DNA from: Malacoraja senta | Lineage: Eukaryota | Reading direction: 5' to 3' | DNA length: 64,000 nucleotides | Assembly: GCA_038087875.1 (NCBI GenBank) | Contig: CM075989.1 | Span: 9,858,001-9,922,000 of the forward strand | In this document: positions 12,180 through 25,499 of the stretch, one piece after another | Numbering within the stretch: the stretch's first letter is position 1 | How the letters are laid out: every line of letters begins with the position of its first letter | The notes under the pieces: generated by a model | Databases searched by the model: none | What the model saw: the letters and a program-made list of their open reading frames with translations, nothing else | Told to the model about the DNA's origin: nothing | Program-made: the position numbers and the translations under genes

Positions 12180-12850
12180 GTCAAGCAGGGATGGAAATGG
12201 ACAGTCAACGTTTTGGGCCGGGACACCTCATCAGCATTGAAAGGGTAGAGGGGAAATACTGTAGCCAGAATATAAAGAGGGGGAGGCATGCTGCAAGAGC
12301 TGGCAAGTGATAGATGGCTCTAGGTGAGGAAGGGCTGATTGGTACATGGAGTCAGGTCAGGTGGGAGTGGAAAGGGTGGAGATGGTGACAGAGGCTGGAA
12401 GAAGATAGGTGGAGATAACAAAGGGCTGCAGATGGCGGAATCTGACAGGAAAGAAACATGAAACATGCAACCAAATAAGAGAAGAAGGGCAGGTGAAGCA
12501 TTTAGATGATGAACAAGTGGGCGGGGGAAGAAGAATAAACCGCCTAATAGGGGTTGGCAGGTGGGGTTGATAATCAGGGTATATGTGAGAGAACCTGGGT
12601 AGATTAGAAGGCCAGAGAAATGGGCAAAGGAGAAGTGGATTACCTGAAATTGGAGAATTCAATGTTCACGCCATCAGGTTATAAACTGCTCTTTCTCTAA
12701 TCTGTGTTTGGCAACACCCTGGCAATGGAGGAGGCTAAGGATGGATTGTTTGATGCAGGATTGGGAAGAAGAATTATAATGTGTTGCAACCACAAGCTCC
12801 TGATGGCCATTGCGCACAAGGAGTCTGCGTTTGGTCTCACTGATGTCCAG
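12180..12850 (-). mobile_element. Old Penelope-like 3' fragment
   Basis: TTACCTGAAATTGGAGAATTCAATGTTCA...TTGGTCTCACTGATGT is homologous to other copies. Hammerhead-like motif at 12201-12240. Confidence 0.6.
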
Positions 12851-15046
12851 GGTCAGGGCAAGGAGCTCAGTGTTGGGAGCATGGCGTGAATGACCATGAT
12901 TGGTTCTTTAATGCGGAGCTGTGAGGACAGACCTACTGGTACCATATTCAGCTAACCCATCTTCTGGAAACTGATCCCAGGATACTGTCCCCCATGGCAA
13001 GTCAGTCTGGAGAGGGAACCTCAAACAGGCATTAGTTCTAGTTAAATAAACTAACCTAACTTCTGAATCATACTTGGGTAAAGGATTTGTATTGTTTGTC
13101 CAATTCCATTGTAGAAATATGTGCTGGAAGATCCCATCATACAAGTGGCAGGTGAACCAAATGACAGTATCTAACCCATTGCTCTTCCCCTTGCTTCCTG
13201 TGCCTAAGTACTGTTAATCTATTTTGTAGCCTCACAAGAGTTCAATCTCCCCAGAATTTCTGGCTCATTGGTGAATATTTAAATTTTCTTTCAGTTATGC
13301 TGCATCTGAATTGCTCTTTTTTGAAGAACCAACTTATAATTCATATCTACAAAATTTAATAATAATAAAAATTAATAATTGAACATCAAGGGAAATGACA
13401 GGGAATGTATGACACACCTGTGGGATGTTCCTTCTGGCTGATGTCATGGGGAGAAAATGGATACACCATTATTTCACATTCAAAATTTGATATTAAATTT
13501 CTTTTTAAAGTTAATTATGGATTGTGCTGGTATGATATGCAGAAGTAATTCAAGGGGAAGTGTAATAAAAGTTATTTAAAACAAATGATAATGAGAAAAA
13601 GAAAACATAAAATCATGATATTTTCAAAATTGTGGCAACATAATACATATAAAGAGAGTTGGGGTGAATTATTTAGGACCAGGATGTACATAGAGGAGAT
13701 TTGGTGTAAGAAATACCAAATTGCCAATGGTGTTTAAGGATCTTTTGTTAAATTTGATGGAATTATAAATCACGTCTACTTATGAAGAGTAACCGGGGAA
13801 TATCTGGTATGTTTAAACCGTGAACCTTCTCCATCCCATCGTGAATTAGTTTGTCCTTAGCCAGGGCCACAGAATGGGCAGTAGGATTGGCCTTAATATT
13901 CTTGGGCAGGGAAGGGTAAAGCCAGCTAGAGTTGTTAACCAGTGAATTCTTACCCAGGGGGGTTCTGTATACTAAGCACAGATATGGGCTGTGCAATAAC
14001 ATGTCCACAGTCATACTGTATTTCTGTGCTTGTACAAACAGAATGGCCACTAAAGCATGCTGGAACCTGCTCGGGTTATTGCCAATCCAGCCTAACGCCC
14101 GAGACTGAGAGAAGTCAGCAGTTTCAGAAAGTGAGAGAGAAAAATAGAGGGTAAGGAAATGGAACTTGATGTCATTCTGTTACTGACCCACCTCACTGTG
14201 ACGATCAAGATGTGAAGAACCAAAGCAGTTAATGTCAAAACATCGTTTGTAATTAAAGGTTGCTTTACTGTTTGAATATGCTTGCTCGGAGTGGCCAGCA
14301 GTCTAATACCGAGATGGTAGTGTGGAAGCTAGGAAAACGTGCTTCTCCTACTTGGTGTTAAACATCTCATTGAAAATTAATCATGTTTATAATATTCATA
14401 GATTTAATAACACTCATTGATCATATCATTAACTGTAAAAGGAGAAACTTACAAAATCTGTTGTGTGTACTATGGGACTGCAACTAAATTAATGTTTGAC
14501 AGAATAATACAAGCAGCAGTTTAACAACCGTAAACTTGAATATCATTGCAATAATGGAGTACTATTGTTTAACATTTGGCAGTTGATGAGGTGCTCATTA
14601 TAACAATGATGTATGCATACGCATGCATAATGAATTGCATCATGAATTATTTATGTGTTGATTATTTAGCTGCATTTATGTGGATGGTAATGTATTGCAA
14701 ATATAATGAATGTTTAGCTTTATAGATATTGCATGTGTAGCTTTATAGATATTGCATGTTTTTTTTCCACAGTTAGGGGTGCGTAGCTTTTTCAGTATTA
14801 ATTCTGAATGCTTTCAGGCAATTTTGTTCCTGATAAGGTATCCAATGCAGTGGTTTCTCACGCAAGCATTAATTAATTACTATATTCTGTTTTTAACCCC
14901 GCTGACATCCAAAAGTATGTAAGTGCTCTGTAATGACTTCTAATTAATTTCTGATTGTAATGAGAGGAACAGTTATGAAATTATTTTATGGTTGAGGTGC
15001 TTCAAATTTCTAATTTGATTGCTTGTTGTAAAATGTGCACACTTAC

Positions 15047-15229
15047 AGTTTGCGTTTGCACCTCTTTTCCCAATTCGTGCCTGCGAAGTCTCCTTTTTTT
15101 CTCCGTTAGCTTTGGAGGCACTTCAAAGGTGTTGTCTTCACAGGCCAGATTCCCATGAGAAATGAAGAGCATTAGTTGTGTCATGGCCAGCTGGTTACTG
15201 TAGGCCAGGTCTAAGTCTGTAGCCCAGAC
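15047..15229 (-). CDS. IQCH: IQCH internal coding exon (VWATDLDLAYSNQLAMTQL...EVQTQT)
   Basis: ttttcttccAG|GTC acceptor and ACT|GTaagt donor; 183 bp, in frame. Matches recalled IQCH VWATGLNLAYSDQLALTQL. Confidence 0.93.
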
Positions 15230-15231
15230 CT

Positions 15232-15445
15232 GGAAGAAAAATATGAAAGATTTACATTTATCAAGCACCTTCCACAACCTAATGTCACACGGCACTACAC
15301 AACTAATGAAATACCTTTGAAGAGCATTCATTGTTTTTATTCAGGAAACATGTCTACTCATCTGCATTCATTGAGCTGTGAAGTAACACCTCTATCCATG
15401 TGAAAGCTTCTCTGACAGTTATATTTCCTCTGCATGTCAATGAGC
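15232..15445 (-). mobile_element. Degenerate Deu-domain SINE (SacSINE1/AmnSINE-like) 3' part abutting the IQCH acceptor
   Basis: Plus strand AAAGATTTACATTTATCAAGCACCTTCCACAACC...CTAATGAAATACCTTTGAAG...CAGGAAACA resembles the reverse complement of the recalled Deu-SINE 3' end. Confidence 0.55.
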
Positions 15446-15454
15446 ATTGAATGA

Positions 15455-15740
15455 TTGATTGAAAGATACAGCAATAAAACAGGCCTGTCAGTTGACCGAG
15501 TCCACACTGACCACCAAACATCCGTTCACACTTGTACTATGTTATCCCACTTTTGATGCACTCACTAAACACTAAGTCCAATTTACAGAAGCCTTTTAAC
15601 CAAGAAACCTGCACGTCTTTGTGATGAGGGAGGAAACCAGAGCACCCGGAGGAAACCCATGGAGTCACAGGCAGAATGTACAAATTCCACACAGACAGCA
15701 CCCGAGGTACTGTGAGGCAGTGGATCTATCAGCTGCCCGA
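15455..15740 (-). mobile_element. HE1-like V-SINE, degenerate
   Basis: GGGAGGAAACCAGAGCACCCGGAGGAAACCCA...AATTCCACACAGACAGCACCCGAGG is the reverse complement of the V-SINE body. Confidence 0.75.
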
Positions 15741-16317
15741 GAGATTATGTTAAAGAAAACATCTGAATTTTGTGCTCTAATATCTCAAGATGGATATGAA
15801 CTCACAACAGTCTGATTCAGAGGAATGAACCACAGCTGATGCCAAGCGAATAATCACACTCCATCAGTTGTAAGTGTAATAAGTATAAATGGTTTTGAGT
15901 TAAAATATGATACTGTGCCTCAGAGCATAGAACATTGAACGTAAGCACAGGCCCTTTGCCCCACCAGGTATAACCAACATGATGCCAGTCTAACTACCAT
16001 CTACCTGCACATGGTCGATATCCCATCTATTTCCTGCCTGTTCTTATGACTATATAAATGGCTCTTAAATGTGCTTTCCAATGTCTCCTGCCACCAAATC
16101 TGGCAGTATGTTCCAGGCACTTACATTCTCTGTGTAAAAAATGAGCCTTGCACTTCTCCCTTAAACTGTAGATAGTCTCAAAATAGAGAAGTATAGGCCA
16201 GATGATCCCAGTATTGAAATAACTGGACTCTGTCAGAGCAGCAACTAGATCCAACAAAGCCAGCCCAAATGAGTGATCCACCTATCTGATTACTACCAGA
16301 ACTACCTATTGGAAAGC

Positions 16318-17229
16318 ACAAGGTGTGCCCAACACCCTCATCCTGATGGCCACCTTCATGTGTGGCTGCATCAGGCTGTGTGTAAAGCCAAAGTACTTGG
16401 GCCGCCACCTGCTGCAGTTTTACCTGTCCCTGGCATTGTGAAGGATGGACCTGCCCCAGCTGCTGCACAATATGGCAGTTAACTGGACATTGCTGCACCA
16501 TCTGTCTTTTGTGGAAGGGTTCTTCCAGACCAACATCTTTGACCGCAAGCCCATCAGGCAGTGGTCAGCACGGAACATCCTGCAGGCACTACAGAAAAAG
16601 GACTCCATGGATCCTGTGGTGTGGTTCCCTGAGCAGACTGCCCAGCTTGTCTGGCGAAATGCCTCATCGTTAGAACTCACCAACAAGCACCAAGAGCTGG
16701 CTTAGATGGCAGTGAGTGGGGCCCTCAGATCCTTCCTGCACCGTTAGAATCTTACTATCAGTGCATGCTGCGCTCAGGGTGTCTGCTACAGAGAGGAGAT
16801 GGTTGCCCATCTCTTCGCAGAGTATGGATTTGCGATGAGAGTCTGGACAATGACACAAGGGCCCTTGTCACAGTTTATCACAAACAGTTCCGTAACAGAG
16901 GATTCTCTGATTTACGGACTGTTCCTAGGGTCACATTCGGAGGTGGACATCAAGTGCTGCTGGAAGGTCATAATTCGATGAAAGACGCTTTTTGGTCTGC
17001 CTGAAATGTGTTGATCTACCAGCAGAGCGAGTTGTATGTCTGGGGCTGTTGTTGACTGGCCCATTCCAGACTGCAGGTGTATGTGCTGGGGGACGGAATG
17101 AAGCATGGTGCAGCTCTGTGGGGGAGGAGCACAGTCTAGGGTCTTTCTGCTGCTGCACAGTGGGGGTCAGGGTCTGGTGGAGACGCCCCCTCAAACAAGG
17201 GAAGAGATATCACCCCAGGGGGCCACATA
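16318..17229 (+). mobile_element. L1/Tx1-clade LINE, degenerate ORF2 C-terminal part and start of 3' UTR
   Basis: Frameshifted frames GVPNTLILMATFMCGCIRLC, SFVEGFFQTNIFD..WSARNILQAL, LVWRNASSLELTNKHQELA, and EMVAHLFAEYGFAMRVW (zinc-finger region). Confidence 0.75.
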
Positions 17230-17655
17230 AGTCTACTGACTTGTGCATCGTGACCTGTATAACCCGGTCCATCTTTGAACCCCAGATGAACTGGAAGACA
17301 ACCTGGATGATCACCGAGGCACAGGAATGAGGGACGGGCCACACCTGCGCCAAGTGCAGCAGCCCCAAGCCCACCAAACACCCGATGACCAAATTTATCC
17401 CCATTACTAAGAGGGAACACTGCTTCCACAGACTCCATTTTTTCCAACCTTGGCTAATCGCTCCAGCCTATTCTTGTCACGGGCCTCAGCCCTCCCCCCC
17501 GAACCAGATCCCCAACACCCTCAAGAAGTCAGACTTGATGGTGAAGGGGATGGAAGATTGGTCAAGCCAGTTGCCGAATAGCATAGCCTCGCTCTTTCTG
17601 CGGTTAACTCTGGCACCTGCCGTCATCTGATTAATCTGCGGACTGACCCTGGATC
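17230..17655 (-). mobile_element. L1/Tx1-clade LINE, end of RT and thumb region, opposite orientation to the adjacent piece
   Basis: GARVNRRKSEAMLFGNW...RVLGIWFGG and LAQVWPVPHSC...VFQFIWGSKMDRV frames. Confidence 0.75.
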
Positions 17656-17931
17656 TGAGCAGAAGATTGCGACATCGTCCATGTACAAGGAGGTTTTGAC
17701 CAAATGTGGTATGTACAACATTTACACAACTGTAACCAGCACACACAATTGTTCAGTACATTCAGTGCTACAACACTGTATGGCGGGAGTCCATTTCTCA
17801 GTCGTAATGTCTGCAACTCCTGTGGGCTATTAGGAACAACATCACTTTCAATTTTTGTTGCAAATCTTCCAGTCAAAACCTAATGTTCAATTATCGATTA
17901 TGAAAAGATTGAATATTCTGTTCCTGCCAAT

Positions 17932-18035
17932 CCCCTGTGCCCACCTCCTCCCCCCCCCTGTGCCCACCTCCCCCTCCCCCCTCCCCCCCTGTGCCCACCT
18001 CCCCCTCCCCCCCTGTGCCCACCCCCCCCCCCCTC
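17932..18035. repeat. C-rich minisatellite, about four copies of CCCCTGTGCCCACCTCCCCTCCCC
   Basis: Directly visible tandem units; G-rich on the minus strand (G-quadruplex potential). Confidence 0.85.
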
Positions 18036-20329
18036 TAACATCTCTCTCCAGTTTCCACGGTTTCATTGTGGGATGTGATGCTGAAGACTTTCTGTGGCCG
18101 GATAACCTTGGGTGCAAATAATGACAGCTCTCAGAATGATGCACTAAAGACAACAAGTATCTATAGAATAGTTCCCAAATACTAGCCATCCACCTCTTGA
18201 AAGGTGGAAGGGCACATGTCATTATGATCATACAGTATAGGTGCTAGTGGGATAACTTGTACTAACAATCCTTACATCATCTGTGCTACAAATGCTACAA
18301 TTAGTCACAATGTCCCTGTCTTGTGTGAGGGAAAACTGCACTGATTTCTATTAATCGACCAATGCATGTGTGGACATGTAACATTGGGCAAGGACATGAG
18401 GTGATTTTCAACATGACAGACTAGCCTCGAGACATTCATTGTCAGGAAAGGAGCAATGAGAAAGGAAATAAATAGATGGTATTTGGCAAGGGTGAGAAGT
18501 CCAGTCACTTTGTCCATTCTGAATGATCGTTTTCCCTCTGCTGTGTTCTCAAGAATTCACAGACAGTTTGACCAGCAGATTTGAAGTTAACTCACATACA
18601 GGACAATGGATCTCTCTAATTTGTAACATTCCTATCACTGCCCAATCCACAAGAGGGCCATTTCCTGTCGTACTTTCGACTGAGCAGAAACTGTACATGC
18701 ACTAGAGTAATTCCTGCTGGGCATATTTACAAAAACGTAACCAGTAAACATGCTGCTTTGAGCAATCACATTCTCCCAGCCCGGCCTTCCATAACAGACC
18801 CAGTGGTGGCTGACTTCGGTGAGCATGGAATGGTAAATGACATCATTATAAGGATATTAAGAGGTCAAAGAAACAAGACCATCTGTTAAAACGGGACTAA
18901 TTTCCAAGTAATATTTTAGTAGCAGTTCCTCCTTTCCTACACGGAGAAATAAATTATAATTGATAACATCCTGAATAAATACTGCATGTACCACTGTTGG
19001 CCACAGTGATGCCATTTTTCAACTTAAGTGCTTGGTGCCAGAAACAAAACACAAATTCATTACTAAATAGCTGCTTTTGGTTCATATTCGCAATACTTTA
19101 TCTCCTGATCTTCGCTCGCCATTGAATGCTGTGCATGTAATAAATATAAGTTCTGTGTTCATTGGAAAATACATTCACCGAGATCTAAATGCAAAAATAC
19201 TACTTTCCAGAATTCACAATTAAAATATGCGCCAAAATAATAAAACAATAACTTTCGCCTATAATCACATGGATTTTTCTTATTTCCAAAGATGCTTCTA
19301 TTGGGTTTTAAGGATCAGAGTCTTTGGAATGTGGCCCTGCTGGTTATAAGTTGAGTGACCAAAAAATATTTTCCAGATCAGTTGGCTGATCTGGCCGGTA
19401 ATCTCCAAGGTGCATGCAGCTTTTCTTAACCTTTCTTTCTGCGACAAAGAGGAAAACCAGACAAGTTCTGCACATTTGCCCGTTGTCAAATAATTAATCC
19501 TGAAAGTATGGATAGTGAATGAATTGACTGCGATGCTTCCCATGGTGCAACAGTTCAAAATCATTTGTGGTCACAAAACCTTGGGCAAAGTAGCTGATGG
19601 CATCCAGTCCCTGTGGAACAACAATGAGTGAATGAGTGCCTTCAGGAAAAGAGGAGGGGCTATGAAGCATACTGGCTTTGGAATACATCGCAAGATTGAA
19701 CTGCAGAAACACTTTAATCCTCATTATACTAATGGCATTTTCAGGATATTTACAAATAGTTTAATTTACTATTTTCTGTAAGAAGGCGAGAGCCAATGAA
19801 CCATATTTGGTTCATTTTGTCCTTATGTAGAAAAGAAAGAAACTTATTTCATAAAAATACTGTGGAATTTTAGTTGAAGGAAAAGTACTAGCAATTAGTT
19901 AGGTATAGGACTAGCCCTGAAGTGGTTGGGTATAGGACTAGTCCTGAAGTTGTGGATCTTTCACTCTGAATTCAGTCCCATTTAGCAGATTAAATCACTG
20001 TCTTAAATTCAGTTTGATTAATGTTTTCTCAGTAAAACTAGTGTGTTTCAATTTTGTGCACAAACTCCGTACAGACAGCACCACTAGTCAGAATCGAACC
20101 CGGGTCTCGCGCTGTAAGGGAGTAGAACAAAGTTATTATATGCTATACTGAAGCAATTTTGAGGAAGAATAAGGGGAGTTTTATGCTGCTCGAGACCAGG
20201 TGCATAAAATGAAAATAACTTCTCTGGCAGAAAAACATCACAGTAGATGTGTTAACATATCCTTAGTTTTTTTTTAAATTCTGTATAATGGAAGAAATAG
20301 AAACTAACATTCACAATTAAAACCTCAAA

Positions 20330-22330
20330 TCCACCTTTTCATATAATTTCCAGATGCTTAAACCCCTTTATTTTTAAGAATCTACCAACCTCCATCCTGA
20401 GTTGACTTACTTTTCACACTTTTGTCACCCTTTGAGTTCAAGGATATTACCGCATCCTATTTCTTTTTTCTAAGAATAACTGCAAATTTTTGGCACTTTA
20501 GGTAGGGGGAATATCCTCCAGGCATCTACCTTGTGAAGCCTTTTAATTGTATATGTTGCGAGAAATCACCTCTCATTCTTCTACATCTAAAGAACATGGA
20601 CCCAATCTACTCACTCTCAATACAGTAAAATTCCTTCCACCCACTCACCCTTCGCCCACCCTACCATCCTCCACTGTGACAAACACCAAATTAACCTTTG
20701 TTGTACCATTTAGAAAACCAATATATCCTTTTTTGGATGGGAACACAAAAGTCCACACAAGATTCCAGTGTGATATATTAATATCCTATCCACATAACTG
20801 AATTAAGACTACTCTCACCTGTGACTTTTAATAAAAACAAACTTCCCAATTACCTTCTTAAGTACTTGTCGTGCTTGCAGTTACTATTCCAGATAGAAAA
20901 TGGAGGTGAGAGATCAAACTCATCATATCAGTCATGGGTTTTGTTTGCTGGGAAGCTTCCATGGGCCTGAGGTTGTTTTGATCATTGACCAGCCGGTGTG
21001 TTTATCCCCTATAGCCTAACCACTCACCTCCTCTCCCTTCCATGCGAGTCATTTCTGAGATTTGTGTACATATCCCTCAATACTCACATCTATTTCTATT
21101 TTTACTAGCAGGTTAGATAACCACATTTCTCCACATTCTACTCCATCTGCTATGTTCCTGCGTCTTTATAAAATCTGCCTGTCTCTTTACCACATTTTTA
21201 TATCTTCCTCACAACTGACCTTCCCACCAATCTGAGTGACTTAGCAAACAGATTCTTTTCATTTGAGCCCCTCAAGTTATTGATATAACTGTAATCAGTG
21301 GAGGCCCATGAAATGCAATTCGCAGTTTCCCTCTAGTTATGTCAGTTACTCAATTATTACTACTCTATTTTCTGTTGTTTAACTCGATCTCAATCAATGC
21401 TAATCTATTACCCTGAAGCACAAGGCTTAATATTAAATATTGACCTCAAGCAGCATTTTTCAAAAATATTGCTCAAGATTGAAAAAATACTATGTCCATT
21501 TCAAGCCCCACCTCCCACCTCCCCGGCCCATCTCTAGTCTGCTTCCCACACGCAACACAAATGGCCATTCCCCTTTCATAAATCCACACAAACTCTTCAC
21601 GCCTTGTGATTATGACTATTAAAACATAATTCCATCATTTCTCCAACCAAGATCTGTGTCGCAGCCATTCCACTCTGGAATATTCGTGTTACATTTGCTG
21701 CCCTTTTAGTCAGAGGGACCATTCCAAAATATGGGGAATTCCATTGGATGGAAATTGACCAGCGACATCCACCATTTCTGTAACCATCTCTTTGAAAACA
21801 TAAGACGTAGAATAGTACGCCTCCGCCCATCTTGCCAATCTCCCACCCTCCGTTCCATCCATGGGCATTGTCAGCTTTATAGTCCCATTATTTTCTTCAG
21901 TGGTATTAATTAATTTTTCCGATGAGCTGATTCTCACTAGGTTCTCCGTTCCACACTATTTTCCAAATGGTATCTATATCCTCCATTGTTAAAGCTGATG
22001 CAAAAGAATTTATTTAATATCTATGTCAATTCCCAATTCCCCGTTCTAATTCCTGCAAAGGGGCATTTGATGATCATCTTTCGATACTACGTCCTTTGTC
22101 TCTTATTCTCTCAAGTTCTGTTTTCCCTTTTGTCAATTTCTGGTTCATTGTTTGATGTATTCTACAATTTGTACAATTCTCTGGTCCATTCTCTTTGGCA
22201 GCTGGTTCATCTTACCTCCTTTCCTCAAGGTGCAGCCTCTATTGCCAATTGTCCTCCTTTGCTATCATATCCGAGTGTCCGTTCTTTCTGTCATGATTGA
22301 AACAGTGAGCAGCCACAAGAGTGTCGTTAC
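20330..22330 (-). mobile_element. Very old CR1 LINE remnant
   Basis: Scattered CR1-like motifs (CACATTTCTCCACATTCTACTCCATCTGC, CTGACCTTCCCACCAATCTGAGTGAC, GTTACATTTGCT, TTCCATTGGATGGAAA). No intact ORF; boundaries approximate. Confidence 0.5.
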
Positions 22331-24547
22331 AGGCAAATCCTGAGGCTATACCTCAGCTATATCCATATAAATGCACAGGATGCAATTTACTGTGGAAACC
22401 AAAGCTGATTTTCCTCTTAATCTTGATCCCATAGTTAATTGCATCCTGTTCAAATGTAAGATTGGCACCCCATCAACCACCCTAAACATTAATTCCCTCC
22501 ATCATAGAGGTTGCAGTCTGTAACAGTATGTAACACCAGCACATCTACTCTGATAGCCCTTCACAAACCTGCAACCTCTACCACCAAGAAATACAAAGGA
22601 TGCAAGAGCATGGGAACACATCTGCCTGCGGTTCTCCTCCAATTCATATACTACTCTAATTTAGACATATATCGCTGGTCTTCATCCTCGTTTGATCCAC
22701 ATCCCAGAACATCCATCAGCATTGCGGGACTACCTTCATCAGAACGATTGCAACAGTTCGCAAAAGCAGTTTGTGTCTTCTCAAGGGCAATTATGGATGA
22801 GCAATAAACACTGGCCTCAGATCCTTAAAAATGAACAATTAAAGAAGGAGTACTGTAAAAGCAGTGAGCCTAATTGGGAATCATTTCTGCATGTGAGATA
22901 CCACTGTAAACATTATTATCCTGTTTCTATTGTCAAACTAATAATGGACTAGTTGTATATTGGCCATATTTGGGGTTAAATTAAGAAACTTATTTATCCT
23001 CGTGTTGGTACGGTTTGAGTTTATTGGATAATCTGATAGTTCCCTTGGCATTCTAGCATAATCCAAATGATAAGAAGCCTGTCATTTTTTTTAAGTTCCT
23101 CTAATATTGTCGCTATAAAAATAAAGCCAGTAAGTGTTCTTACAAAACTGGTTCTGAACACACTTTTATAACTGAATTTTTGTCCACAGAGTTCTTAGAA
23201 GCATGTAATTCTGCTCCTTACATCCCCAGCCTCACGAACCACCCCACAGCCCCTCCCCACCCATCTCTTTTTGTGCTGGGTGCAAATCCACCTGCAAATT
23301 CACAGTACAAGAAATTTTAGCTATCAGGAAAGATAAAGTAAGGATAGGCATTTCTCTGGAAAGTAAAAGGCTGATTTACACACCGACCTTGCTACACACA
23401 ATAGTTGGGGTTTTTTAAAGTGTCCACAGCACTACTACTAATGATTCAATGGAAAAAAAACAGAATTCTTCAAACTACCCACGGGCAATATATGCAACTC
23501 AATTCATCCCCCGAGTAAATACTAGAAAGTACCTTGCCTGAATTTACTTCCTCCTTCTCAACTGAATGTTCATCTGAGACCCTGCTGAACTTTTCATGAC
23601 ATAGGAGAAGAGAGTACCACAAGGAATAGTAAAGGTGAAGAGCACTGATGCCTTTAAGGAGAAGTCGGTAAACCCAAAAGGATGAAAGAAATAGGTTGTA
23701 TGAAGTACAGAAGGCTTGCATGCAGCAGAAGCACTGGCTTCAATCCATTGGGTGAAATGATGTGTTCTCTGTGGCAAATAGTAATGTAATTAAAATTCAA
23801 CAGATTTTTCATACGAGGTTCTTTATTGTCTGCACCAGTGAAAGAAATGATCATTTCTACCCAGCCTTCCACTTACCCTTTACTCATCCCCAACCTCAAC
23901 ATTTCTATAACTCTCAGGATCCACAGAGCAATTTGCCCACTCCAGCACGCAGCCTGGGCATCATTGTCAGAAGCAACAAAGGCCACTGATATATGATCCA
24001 GAATCATACCTGTTGGTATTGTCTGTGCTTTCACTGGAGCCGCAGTCTAGCAGCTGGGACTCACTATTAATTTGCCCTGTCCAACAGTATTGTGAGGGGA
24101 AGCATATGTGACACATCTCCCTCCTTTAAAAGGATACATTTAGCAACAAGTAAGAAAATATAAATAGCTATGAAGTGACAAATGTATTTGTTCAAAGAAA
24201 TAAGCCCCTTCTGTTAGCTTTATATCTTATACAGTTTATATGGATTAGTAGTAGTAATTTTAGTTGAGTTCAATAATAATTGTTCAATCATTCTGCCTCT
24301 CTTCCCTGGCATATTTAAAAATAACGGTTTAGTTATATTGTCAGCTTAGTTGATTGGCAAGATAAAGCAGACCGTAGAAGCTTGGATACATACAGTATTC
24401 TACATTCTTGTTCGATTAGTTTTAAGCAAATGGATGCATGACACCTTGTATTAATTGTATGTTTCTCAATTAATATTGCAAAAGTCTCTGATAAGCACAA
24501 ACAATAAATTAATAGAAAGGACATCACATCAACCAGAAGATGACTAA

Positions 24548-24812
24548 TACAGTGGTACAGCTGCTGCCTCTCACCACAGAGACCCAGGTTTGATCCTGAC
24601 CTCGAGTTCTGCCATTCTCCTTGTGACCACGTGGGTTTCCCTTGGGTCCTCTGGTTTTCTCCCTCATCCCAAACGTTGTAGGTTAAAGTGCGTCTATAAA
24701 TTACCCTGAGCGTGTGCAAGGTGTAGATGAGAAAAATGTGATCATGTGATCAATGGTTGGTGTAGACCGAAGAGGTCTGTTTCCATGCTGCATTTCTAAA
24801 TGTAATTAATTA
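24548..24812 (+). mobile_element. HE1-like V-SINE, degenerate
   Basis: GCTGCTGCCTCTCACC..GACCCAGGTTTGATCCTGACCTCG..GTGACCACGTGGGTTTCC.. and tail CCGAAGAGGTCTGTTTCCATGCTG. Confidence 0.75.
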
Positions 24813-25199
24813 AACTGCTTCCCATTTCAAGGTAGACTTTTCTGCAGGTGATGCGACCCACTGGCCTCTCAAGCAAACCCGGGACTTGCAATGTAATTGA
24901 AATGGAGTAGAAATTACAAAGAAAACATTTTGGCTCCTACTTACAGAGCACATTTAACAAATACATTTCCCTAATAATTCATAGGACAAATAGAGGCAAA
25001 GAAACAGTAGGAGCAGTGGTGACAGCTGGAAGCATGTTTAGAAAGGTTAGGAAAGTTTTTATTAATCTTTTGAAGGTGAAAAAGAAATAATAATATCAAA
25101 GATTTTGGGCAGAGAGCTGTAGTGAAGAGTAATGAATGGCTCTCGGCCCTCTCTTCCATTGACTTCATCTACACTTCACGATGCTGGACATTCCTTCTT

Positions 25200-25499
25200 T
25201 TAGTGTAGTTGTCATATAGAGATACAGCGCAGAAATAGGCCCTTCGGCCCATAACGACCAAGGATCCCCACACATTAACACTATCCGCCACACATTAGGG
25301 ACAATTTATACTTATACCAAACCTACATACCTGTATGTCTTTGGAGCGTGGGAGGGAACCGAAGATCTCGGAGAAAACCCACGCAGTCATGAGGAGAACG
25401 TACAAACTCCGTACCGACAGCACCCGTAGTCGGGATCGAACCCGGGTCTCCGGCGCTGCAAGCGCTGTAAGGCAGCAACTCTACCACTGCGGTACCGTG
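25200..25499 (-). mobile_element. HE1-like V-SINE, near full length, inserted in a Rex1-type 3' fragment
   Basis: Minus-strand 5' end CACGGTACCGCAGTGGTAGAGTTGCTGCC..GACCCGGGTTCGATCCCG; homologous to 2205-2491. Confidence 0.85.

Noticed and set aside
14715-14759. Short tandem duplications (also about 19902-19950 and 25773-25818)
   Set aside because: Ordinary slippage-type duplications of 18-26 bp; not CRISPR-like, and no sign of function.
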